DNA of 58,818 bases, taken from assembly GCA_964508045.1 (NCBI GenBank), contig CAZDSO010000002.1, positions 1 to 58,818 of the forward strand, given 5' to 3'. Every line of letters begins with the position of its first letter. Position 1 is the stretch's first letter. Positions 8,678 to 15,706 of this stretch are shown piece after piece. The DNA is from an uncultured Planctomycetia bacterium. Its GTDB lineage: Bacteria; Planctomycetota; JAKEIC01; CAZDSO01. The notes under the pieces are model-generated. The model was not told where the DNA came from. It worked only from the letters and a program-made list of their open reading frames with translations, and made no database searches. A program made the position numbers and the translations under genes.

Positions 8678-9358
8678 CTATTTATCATTCCTATTCTCCA
8701 TTCCCCATTTCCCCTTCACGAATCCCCTCCTCTCCTCTCCCTTCCGCCCGGGGGGAAGCCTCCCCTCTTTCCGGAGGCGCGCCAGCAGCGAGCGGAGGGC
8801 GCGGCCGCGGTGGCTGACGGCGTTCTTCGCCTCCGGCGCGGCGCGGGCGAAGGTGACGCCGAGGTCGCGGGAGAGGAAGACCGGATCGTAGCCGAACCCG
8901 CCCGCGCCGTCGGGGGCATACGTGATGCTCCCTTCCGTCGTTCCTTCCGCCTCGGCGATCACGCCGTTCGGCCCGGCGACGCAAAGGGCGCTGACGAACC
9001 GGGCCGTGCGCGCGGGCGCCGGGACGTCCTTCATCCGCTGGAGGAGCAGGGCCGTGTTCGCGCGGGCATCCTGGTCGGGGCCGGCGAAGCGGGCGGAGCG
9101 CACGCCCGGCTCGCCGTGCAGGGCGTCGACGACGAGGCCCGCGTCCTCGGCGATCACGGGGAGGCCGAGGGCGCGGGCGCAGGCGAGGGCCTTGCGTCGT
9201 GCGTTCTCGGCGAAGGTCTCTGCCGTCTCCTCGACGTCGGGGGCGTCGTCGAAGCCGTCGAGGCCGAGGACTTCCAGGCCTTCGGCCTCGAGGAGGCGGC
9301 GGATTTCCCGCGCTTTGCCTGGGTTCCGGGTCGCCGCGACGAGGGTGTTGATGATCAT
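8678..9358 (-). CDS. rdgB: dITP/XTP pyrophosphatase (RdgB/HAM1 family)
   Basis: MIINTLVAATRNPGKAREI, ETAETFAENARRKA, EDAGLVVDALHGEPGVRSARFAG, GFGYDPVF and SHRGRAL are present. The ATG overlaps the rph stop (ATGA). The upstream part of track ORF 8678..9997 is a shadow frame. Confidence 0.9.
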   Translation of the reverse strand: MIINTLVAATRNPGKAREIRRLLEAEGLEVLGLDGFDDAPDVEETAETFAENARRKALACARALGLPVIAEDAGLVVDALHGEPGVRSARFAGPDQDARANTALLLQRMKDVPAPARTARFVSALCVAGPNGVIAEAEGTTEGSITYAPDGAGGFGYDPVFLSRDLGVTFARAAPEAKNAVSHRGRALRSLLARLRKEGRLPPGRKGEERRGFVKGKWGMENRNDK

Positions 9359-10098
9359 GGCGCCTCCCACGAGGTGCGCATCGATCCCCTCTGCTCGAGG
9401 GCCTGGGTCTGGAGAGCGAAGATCTCCGTGAGTCCCTTGCGCGCCAGGGCGAGCATGGCTTCGAGTTCCCCGGGGGAGAACTGCCCCTTTTCGGAGGCGC
9501 CCTGGATTTCGTGGAAGCCTCCGTCCGCGTTCATGACGACGTTCATGTCGACGGAGGCGGCCTGGTCCTCGTCCCGGTCGAGGTCGAGGAGGGGGACGCC
9601 GCCGACGAGTCCGACGGAGACGGCGGCGACCTGTCGCGGGGGTTCGGGGGGGCAGGTCCATCCCCGGGCGCCGAGCGATTTCATGGCGAGGGCGAGGGCG
9701 ACCCAGGCGCCGGTGACGGAAGCGGTCCGCGTGCCTCCGTGGGCCTGGAGGACGTCGCAGTCGACGCGGAGGGTGAGGGGTCCGAGGTCGTCGAGGTCGA
9801 GGGAAGCGCGCAGGGTTCGTCCGATCATGCGTCCGATCTCGCGGGCGCGTCCGTCGGCGCCGCGGGGTTTTCTCCGGTCGCCGGAGCCGGGCAGCATGGC
9901 GTACTCGGCGGTGAGCCATCCGGCGCGTTCTCCTTCGCGAAAGGGGGGGACGCCGGATTCGGCGGAGACGGTGCACAGGACGAGGGTTCGTCCCCATTCG
10001 ACGAGGGCGGAGCCGGGGGGTTCGGTGGTGAAGGCGGGTCGGATCCGGCAGGGGCGGAGTCGGTCGTGGGGCCGCGCGTGGTTTCTCTCGGGGGGCAT
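9355..10098 (-). CDS. rph: Ribonuclease PH
   Basis: GSALVEWGRTLVLCTVS, GWLTAEYAMLPGS, GRAREIGRMIGRTLRA and CDVLQAHGGTRTASVTGAWVALA align closely with canonical RNase PH. The usual ADGGTR block reads AHGGTR here. Confidence 0.92.
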   Translation of the reverse strand: MPPERNHARPHDRLRPCRIRPAFTTEPPGSALVEWGRTLVLCTVSAESGVPPFREGERAGWLTAEYAMLPGSGDRRKPRGADGRAREIGRMIGRTLRASLDLDDLGPLTLRVDCDVLQAHGGTRTASVTGAWVALALAMKSLGARGWTCPPEPPRQVAAVSVGLVGGVPLLDLDRDEDQAASVDMNVVMNADGGFHEIQGASEKGQFSPGELEAMLALARKGLTEIFALQTQALEQRGSMRTSWEAP

Positions 10099-10211
10099 GG
10101 TTTCCTCCCTGGAGGGGAAAAGGAAAGGAGCGGGACCCGTGGGGGCCCCGCTCCTGTCGGTTCGGTCTTCAAGGGTGCGGTGCCGGGCCGCACGCGCTGA
10201 GCCGAGGGAGG

Positions 10212-10928
10212 CTATTCGCCGTCGCCGTTTCCTTCACCGTCGCCTTCACCTTCGCCTTCGACGCCCTTGGCGGCTTCCTTCATGATGAGGTTGAAGGTGT
10301 CATTGGGGATCTTGGCGGCTTCGACCATGATGATGTCCTTGGCCATGGTCTTGGTGTAGTAGGTGCAGGAGTGCAAGAGGTTCTTCTGCGCGTCGTAGAT
10401 GCATGCGATCACGCGGCACTTCGCGGTGCCGGGGACCATGCCGGACCCGTAGGCCCACAGGTAGAGGGCGAAGTAGTACCGGGGCTTGAAGTCCAGCCCC
10501 ATCTTGCTGGCGACCAGGCCGACGAGTTCGGACACGGCGCCGGGGACCTTTTCGAAGCCGTCGCCGCCGGTGTACTTGGAGAAGTCGTACTCGTCGCGAT
10601 ACTTGGTCATCCAGTAGGCGGCCCAGCACATGCGGCGGGTGAGCCAGTCGAGCCCGGCGGATTCGAGGGCGGGCTTGATGGGCTCGAGCGAGATGCCGTT
10701 GCTTCCGAAGGCCGCGACGGCGCCGGTGAACAGGGCGGCGGAGAGTTCGGTCTCGTTGAGGCCGAGGCTTCCGAAGCCGTAGGCCACGGCGGGCATGATG
10801 ATCATTTTTTCCTTGGACATGTCAATGGGTTCTGCGTCCGGACGGACGAAGACCTGGGTTGACCCGCAACCCACGGCCGCCGCCAGGAAGATCACCGCCA
10901 TGAAGGCAAGGGGCAGACGTTTCGACAT
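10212..10928 (-). CDS. Lipoprotein of unknown family (paralog B)
   Basis: AAGGAGG RBS, signal peptide plus lipobox AVGC (Cys21), homologous to the 7802..8614 product, acidic EGEGEGDGEGNGDGE tail. Confidence 0.8.
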   Translation of the reverse strand: MSKRLPLAFMAVIFLAAAVGCGSTQVFVRPDAEPIDMSKEKMIIMPAVAYGFGSLGLNETELSAALFTGAVAAFGSNGISLEPIKPALESAGLDWLTRRMCWAAYWMTKYRDEYDFSKYTGGDGFEKVPGAVSELVGLVASKMGLDFKPRYYFALYLWAYGSGMVPGTAKCRVIACIYDAQKNLLHSCTYYTKTMAKDIIMVEAAKIPNDTFNLIMKEAAKGVEGEGEGDGEGNGDGE

Positions 10929-11101
10929 GGTTTCCTCCTTAAATCCTTTCCTCTCTTGAAAACATCTGGCCCATGCCGGCCACGTGCCGCCTGGGCCCGA
11001 AGAGCGAGGGAGGCCCGGCCCTCCCCTCTTTTCTTCCTCGGTGACTCGTCGCGTGGAGAGGATTGTCTTCCACGACGCGCGAAGTTTTCACCGATCGTGG
11101 A

Positions 11102-11130
11102 AAGATACGCTCCGCCCCCCGGGAAGTCAA
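11102..11130 (-). promoter_or_regulatory. Putative sigma-70 promoter TTGACT-17 nt-TATCTT for the lipoprotein B-rph-rdgB-lipoprotein A unit
   Basis: Read on the - strand (mirror 47689..47717 +). It lies just downstream of the clpX stop and about 170 nt upstream of the lipoprotein B start. Confidence 0.45.
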
Positions 11131-11158
11131 GGAATAGGAGATTTTTTTTTCGGAGGGA

Positions 11159-12433
11159 TCAGGCGATGCCGCGCTTCTTGGCGCCCCGTGCCCGGGACGG
11201 TTTCGCGGCGGAGGCCTTGCCCTCGACCACGTCCTCGGTGACGGAATAGCGTTTCACGCCCTCGAGGGAGGGAAGGTCGTACATGATGTCCAGCATGATG
11301 TTCTCGAGGATTCCCCGCAGGCCGCGGGCGCCGGTGTCCTTGGCCAGGGCTTTGCGCGCGATCAGTTTCAACGCCCCCTCGGAGAACTCGAGCTGGGCGT
11401 TCTCGAAGGCGAAGAACTTCTGGTACTGCCTCACGAGGGCGTTCCTGGGCTCCAGGAGGATTCGCACGAGGTCGCCCTCGTCGAGGGAATCGAGCGTGGT
11501 ATGCACGGGGAGGCGTCCCACGAACTCGGGAATCAGCCCGAATTCGAGGATGTCCTCCTCCTCCGCGAGCCGGAGGAGCTCGGTCTGCTTCTTCTCCTCC
11601 GCCAGGGGTCCGCTTTCCCCGCGGAAGCCGATGAGTTTCTTTCCCACGCGCTTGGCCACGATGTCGGTCAGGCCCACGAAGGTGCCCGAGCAGATGAACA
11701 GGATCTGGCTGGTGTTCATCTGGATGTAGCTCTGCTCGGGGTGTTTGCGCCCCCCCTGGGGGGGGACGTTGGCGACGGTCCCTTCGAGCATCTTCAACAG
11801 GGACTGCTGGACGCCTTCGCCGGAGACGTCCCGCGTGATGGAGACGTTCTGGGTGGTGCGGCCGATCTTGTCGATCTCGTCGATGAAGAGAATGCCCTGT
11901 TCCGCCCGCGCGAGGTCGAAATCGGCATTCTGGAGGAGTTTGAGGAGGAGGTTCTCCACGTCCTCGCCGACGTAGCCGGCCTCGGTCAGGGTCGTGGCGT
12001 CGCCGATGGCGAAGGGAACGTTGAGGATGTGGGCCAGGGTCCTGGCGAGGAGGGTCTTGCCGGTCCCGGTGGGCCCCACCAGGAGGATGTTGCTCTTTTC
12101 CAGTTCCACGTCGCCGTCGAGGGTTTCGCAAAGGATCCGCTTGTAGTGGTTGTGGACGGCGACGGACAGGACCTTCTTGGTCCTCTCCTGGCCGATGACG
12201 TAGGCGTCGAGGCCGTCCTTGATCTCCCGCGGGGTGGGAAGCGACTCCGGCGAGACCTCGCTCGGCGCCTTGGGGCGCCGGCGGCCGGGCATTTCCTCGG
12301 CGAAGACGTTGGCGCAGACCTCGACGCACTCGTTGCAGATGTAGACGTTCGGCGGCCCCTGGATCAGTTCCACCTCGCCCTGGGGCTTGTCGCAGAACGT
12401 GCACTTCGCCGTTTGTTTTCCCCGCTTGGCCAT
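11159..12433 (-). CDS. clpX: ATP-dependent Clp protease ATP-binding subunit ClpX
   Basis: N-terminal C4 zinc finger CTFCDK...ICNECVEVC, Walker A GPTGTGKTLLA, Walker B ILFIDEIDKI and IGF loop KLIGF are present. Confidence 0.97.
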   Translation of the reverse strand: MAKRGKQTAKCTFCDKPQGEVELIQGPPNVYICNECVEVCANVFAEEMPGRRRPKAPSEVSPESLPTPREIKDGLDAYVIGQERTKKVLSVAVHNHYKRILCETLDGDVELEKSNILLVGPTGTGKTLLARTLAHILNVPFAIGDATTLTEAGYVGEDVENLLLKLLQNADFDLARAEQGILFIDEIDKIGRTTQNVSITRDVSGEGVQQSLLKMLEGTVANVPPQGGRKHPEQSYIQMNTSQILFICSGTFVGLTDIVAKRVGKKLIGFRGESGPLAEEKKQTELLRLAEEEDILEFGLIPEFVGRLPVHTTLDSLDEGDLVRILLEPRNALVRQYQKFFAFENAQLEFSEGALKLIARKALAKDTGARGLRGILENIMLDIMYDLPSLEGVKRYSVTEDVVEGKASAAKPSRARGAKKRGIA

Positions 12434-12443
12434 GACGGTCTCC

Positions 12444-13070
12444 TCAGGTCGTTTGTCCGTCGGCCGAGGCCTGGTCCCCGGTCTTCTTCAGGGATTCGAT
12501 GACGTCGTCCACGAGGCCGTAGTCCCGAGCCGCCCGGGCGGTCATGAAGAAGTCCCTGTCCGTGTCTGATTCGATCTGCTCCTCGGTCTGCCCGGTGTGC
12601 AGCGAGAAGATGGCGTTGAGGGTCTTGTGCAGGCGCACGATTTCCTCCGCGGCGATGTCGATGTCCGCGGCGGTGCCGCGCACGCCCCCCAGCGGCTGGT
12701 GGAGCATGATGCGGGCGTTGGGGAGGGCGAAGCGCTTTTTCGCCGAGCCGGCCGCCAGCAAAAGCGCCGAGATGGACACCGCCTGGCCGATGCAATAGGT
12801 GGCCACGTCGCACTGGACGAACTGGATCGTGTCGTAGATCGCCAGCCCCGCCGTCACCGATCCCCCCGGCGAGTTGATGTAGAGGTTGATGTCCGCGTCC
12901 TTCTTCTCGGACTGGAGGTAGAGCATCTCGGCGATCACGAGGGAGGAGAGCGTGTCGTCGATCGGGGAGCCGATGAAGATGATCCGGTCCTTCAACAGCC
13001 GTGAAAAGATGTCGTAGGCCTTCTCGCCCCGGCTCGTCTTCTCGATCACGATGGGCAGCGTGTATCCCAT
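12444..13070 (-). CDS. clpP: ATP-dependent Clp protease proteolytic subunit (copy adjacent to clpX)
   Basis: [47 protein letters not shown] (catalytic Ser), IMLHQP (His) and TDRDFFM (Asp) are present. The start is probably ATG at 13070 (MGYTLP...) with an AGAGG RBS. The track start 13079 is a GTG inside that RBS. Confidence 0.93.
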   Translation of the reverse strand: MGYTLPIVIEKTSRGEKAYDIFSRLLKDRIIFIGSPIDDTLSSLVIAEMLYLQSEKKDADINLYINSPGGSVTAGLAIYDTIQFVQCDVATYCIGQAVSISALLLAAGSAKKRFALPNARIMLHQPLGGVRGTAADIDIAAEEIVRLHKTLNAIFSLHTGQTEEQIESDTDRDFFMTARAARDYGLVDDVIESLKKTGDQASADGQTT

Positions 13071-13160
13071 GCCATGCACCTCTGTACAACGTCGGATGGC
13101 GGATGGCGGACACCTCGCGTCATCGATCCGGAATTCCGCATCCGCACGTCGATGGACCCC

Positions 13161-13766
13161 TCAGGATCCGGCCGTCTTGCCCTTGAGCGTTTGCACCACC
13201 TCGTCGACGATCCCGTAGTCCAAAGCCTCCTCGGAGGACATGTAGTAGTCGCGGTCGGAGTCGGCCTCGACCTTCTCCACCGTCCGGCCCGTGTGCGCGG
13301 CAATGAGCTCGTTGATCCGCCGGCGCCAGAAGAGGATCTCCTCGGCGTGGATCTGGAGATCGAGGGCCGTCCCCTCGGAATAGCCCCAGGGCTGGTGGAT
13401 CATGATGCGGGCCCGGGGAAGGGCGAACCGCTTGCCCGGCGTGCCCGCCGCCAGCAGCAGCACGGCCATGCTCGCGGCGCTTCCCGTACAGTACGTGGCC
13501 ACGTCGCACTCGACGAACTGTATCGTGTCGTAGATCGCGAGCCCCGACGAGATGTCCCCCCCCGGCGAGTTGATGTACATGCTGATGTCGGCGTTCCGGT
13601 TCTCGCTCTGGAGGAAAAGCATCTGGGCCACCACGAGGTTGGCCAGACGGTCGTCGATCTCCTGGCCGATGAGGATGATCCGGTCCTTGAGAAGGCGGGA
13701 AAAGAGGTCGTACTCCCTCTCCGAGGCGCCCACCTTCTCGTACACGCGGGGGATCCAGAAGACCAA
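13161..13766 (-). CDS. clpP: ATP-dependent Clp protease proteolytic subunit, second paralog
   Basis: This is the C-terminal ~200 aa of track ORF 13161..15644. It carries [53 protein letters not shown] and SDRDYYM. No in-frame ATG exists; TTG at 13766 follows GGGAGGAG. The rest of the 827-aa ORF is the antisense shadow of tig. Confidence 0.85.
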   Translation of the reverse strand: MVFWIPRVYEKVGASEREYDLFSRLLKDRIILIGQEIDDRLANLVVAQMLFLQSENRNADISMYINSPGGDISSGLAIYDTIQFVECDVATYCTGSAASMAVLLLAAGTPGKRFALPRARIMIHQPWGYSEGTALDLQIHAEEILFWRRRINELIAAHTGRTVEKVEADSDRDYYMSSEEALDYGIVDEVVQTLKGKTAGS

Positions 13767-13823
13767 GATCTCCTCCCGACAAAAACCGGACCCGCCGGCC
13801 CGGGTCGGCGCGATCCGGTATCC

Positions 13824-13832
13824 ATTGTAGCA
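13824..13832 (-). promoter_or_regulatory. Putative extended -10 promoter element TGCTACAAT between tig and clpP
   Basis: attgtagca on the + strand reads TGCTACAAT on the - strand, about 58 nt upstream of TTG start 13766. Mirror copy at 44987..44995 (+). Confidence 0.4.
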
Positions 13833-13885
13833 GCCGTAGCGTACCCAAGGAAGCGCAGTGCGAATCCACCCGTACGCACCCCCCT

Positions 13886-15448
13886 CTACGCCTCCCCCGC
13901 TTGCTCCGCTTCCTCCGCCTCCTCCGCCTCCCCCGCTTCCTCCGCTTCCTCCTCGCCGGTGGCTTCCTTCGGCGGCGCGGACAAATCCAGCGGCTCCCCT
14001 TCCTCGATCTTCGCCTTCTCCCGGAGGAACGCCTTGACCTTGTCCTCCTTCACCTGGTTGCGGACCTCGTCCATGATCCCGGCGTTCTCCATCTCCTCCC
14101 GCATCTGGGAGGGCCACTTGCCGTAGTTGACCGCCATGGCCTCCACGCGGCGGTCCACCTCCTCCTCCGTGGCGAAGATCTTCTCCTTGGCCGCGATCTC
14201 CTCCAGAAGGAAGAACGCCTTGAATTCCTTCTCCACCGTCTTGCGGCGCTGCTCCCGCAAGCGGCCGATCTGCTCCTGGATGTCGGCCTCCGGGACCTTC
14301 TGCTCGCGCAGGCGGACCTCGTACCGCTTCATGTACTGTTCCACCTCCCGCTCCACCACGTTCCCGGGGAGGTCGATCGGAATCCGATCGAGCAGAGCGT
14401 CCACCAGACGCTCCTCCACGATCCGGTCCGCCATCGAATCCTTCGCCGCCTTCACCTGCTCCCGGATCTTCTCCCGCAACGCCTCCGCCGACGCCACCCC
14501 CAGATCCTCCAGAAACTCCCCCTCCAGATCGGGAAGCTCCAGCCGCTTGATGTCCTCCACCGTCGTCTTCTGCTGCCCCGACTTCCCGCGGACCGACGCC
14601 TCCGGGAAGGTCTCGGGGAAGGAAAAGGAGGTCTGCACCGTCTCCCCCGCCTTCCGGCCCAGAAACGCCTTCAAGGACGACATCTTCTCGTAGAGATCGC
14701 TTCCCTCCTCCGGCATCGGAAGCGTCACGTTCTCTTCCTTGTGGACGGGCTTGCGGCGGTACGTGTATTCGCGGTCCACCACCAGCGTGTCCCCGGGCTG
14801 GACCTCCCCCCCCTCCACCGGCACCACGCGCGCACGGCGCCGGCGAAGGTTGTCGACCTCCTTTTCCACCTCCTCCTCCGACACCTCCACCTTCGGCCTC
14901 TTCACCTCGAGCCCCACGTAGTTGTCCACCGCCAGGTCGGGCTTCACGTCCACGGTGTACGAGAACACGAGAGGCTTGCCCTCCTCCACCTCGATCGCCT
15001 CCAGATCCTCCTCCCCGAAATCCGGCAGGGAGAAGGGCCTGAGGCCCTCCTTCTCGATGCTCTGGGACATCCCCTCGCGGACCAGCGTGGCCCGGACGTC
15101 CTCCTTCACCTTCTTCCCGAAACGCCGGGCCAGAAGCGCCTTGGGAACCCGGCCCTTGCGGAATCCCGGCATGGGAACCGAGGTCCGGATTTCGTCCAGG
15201 CCCTTCTGGATGTCCTCGGTCACGCGCTCGGGAGGGATCTCGACCTTCACCGTCTTCCGGCAGGGGCCCTCCTCCTCCACCGCCACCGTCATCGGGATCG
15301 TCTCCTCCCCCTCCCCGGCGTCCGGCTCGTCGCCCTCGGGCTCCTCTTCGGGTTCCTCGTCCGGGGACGCCTCGACCGTCTCGGGCTCCTCCGCCGGTCG
15401 TTCCGCTTCTTCCCCGGGCGCCTTGGGTTCCTTGTCTTCCTCTGCCAT
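13886..15448 (-). CDS. tig: Trigger factor with acidic N- and C-terminal extensions
   Basis: An AAGGAG RBS precedes the start. CRKTVKVEIPPERV...VPMPGFRKGRVPKALLARRFGKKV is the ribosome-binding N-domain signature (GFRxGxxP). The length and C-terminal helical region are typical. Glu/Pro-rich tails sit at both ends. Confidence 0.92.
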   Translation of the reverse strand: MAEEDKEPKAPGEEAERPAEEPETVEASPDEEPEEEPEGDEPDAGEGEETIPMTVAVEEEGPCRKTVKVEIPPERVTEDIQKGLDEIRTSVPMPGFRKGRVPKALLARRFGKKVKEDVRATLVREGMSQSIEKEGLRPFSLPDFGEEDLEAIEVEEGKPLVFSYTVDVKPDLAVDNYVGLEVKRPKVEVSEEEVEKEVDNLRRRRARVVPVEGGEVQPGDTLVVDREYTYRRKPVHKEENVTLPMPEEGSDLYEKMSSLKAFLGRKAGETVQTSFSFPETFPEASVRGKSGQQKTTVEDIKRLELPDLEGEFLEDLGVASAEALREKIREQVKAAKDSMADRIVEERLVDALLDRIPIDLPGNVVEREVEQYMKRYEVRLREQKVPEADIQEQIGRLREQRRKTVEKEFKAFFLLEEIAAKEKIFATEEEVDRRVEAMAVNYGKWPSQMREEMENAGIMDEVRNQVKEDKVKAFLREKAKIEEGEPLDLSAPPKEATGEEEAEEAGEAEEAEEAEQAGEA

Positions 15449-15513
15449 CGGCCTCGCTCCTTGTTCCTAGGGTACGCGAACGGACATCCCGCTCGAGAGG
15501 CGTAGAATCGGCC

Positions 15514-15541
15514 ATGTTAGCAATCCTCCGGACGGGTGCAA
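15514..15541 (-). promoter_or_regulatory. Putative sigma-70 promoter TTGCAC-16 nt-TAACAT for tig
   Basis: Read on the - strand (mirror 43278..43305 +), about 65 nt upstream of the tig ATG. Confidence 0.35.
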
Positions 15542-15560
15542 GGACAAAGGCGGCCCCCGC

Positions 15561-15590
15561 GGCTGAAATCCGGCGGCTGAAATCTGAAAT
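15561..15590. promoter_or_regulatory. Three closely spaced direct copies of CTGAAATC in the tig / TatD-rSAM divergent intergenic region
   Basis: The sequence ggCTGAAATCcggcggCTGAAATCTGAAATCtg is visible directly. It lies upstream of both putative divergent promoters. Mirror copy at 43229..43258. Confidence 0.35.
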
Positions 15591-15660
15591 CTGTATCCGG
15601 CGACAGCGCGAAGGGCCCACCGAAGGAAAAACAAGCATCCACAAACGCCCACCGGGCGTC

Positions 15661-15666
15661 TACAAT
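15661..15666 (+). promoter_or_regulatory. Putative -10 (tCTACAAT) upstream of the TatD + radical-SAM gene
   Basis: TACAAT lies 41 nt upstream of ATG 15707. A weak -35-like TCCACA sits 17 nt upstream of it. Mirror copy at 43153..43158 (-). Confidence 0.3.
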
Positions 15667-15706
15667 CGAGGATCGATCCCCGGAATGCTCGAAAGGCCGG
15701 CGCCCC

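Noticed and set aside
9359-9997. The N-terminal 213 codons of the 439-aa ORF 8678..9997-, upstream of the RdgB domain.
   Set aside because: It overlaps rph in another frame and is an Arg/Pro-rich shadow. RdgB starts at the ATG that overlaps the rph stop (ATGA).
13767-15644. The N-terminal ~626 codons of the 827-aa ORF 13161..15644-, which would make a giant ClpP fusion.
   Set aside because: This part is antisense to trigger factor and is Gly/Arg-rich. Only the last ~200 aa are ClpP-like, and they have their own RBS plus TTG start.
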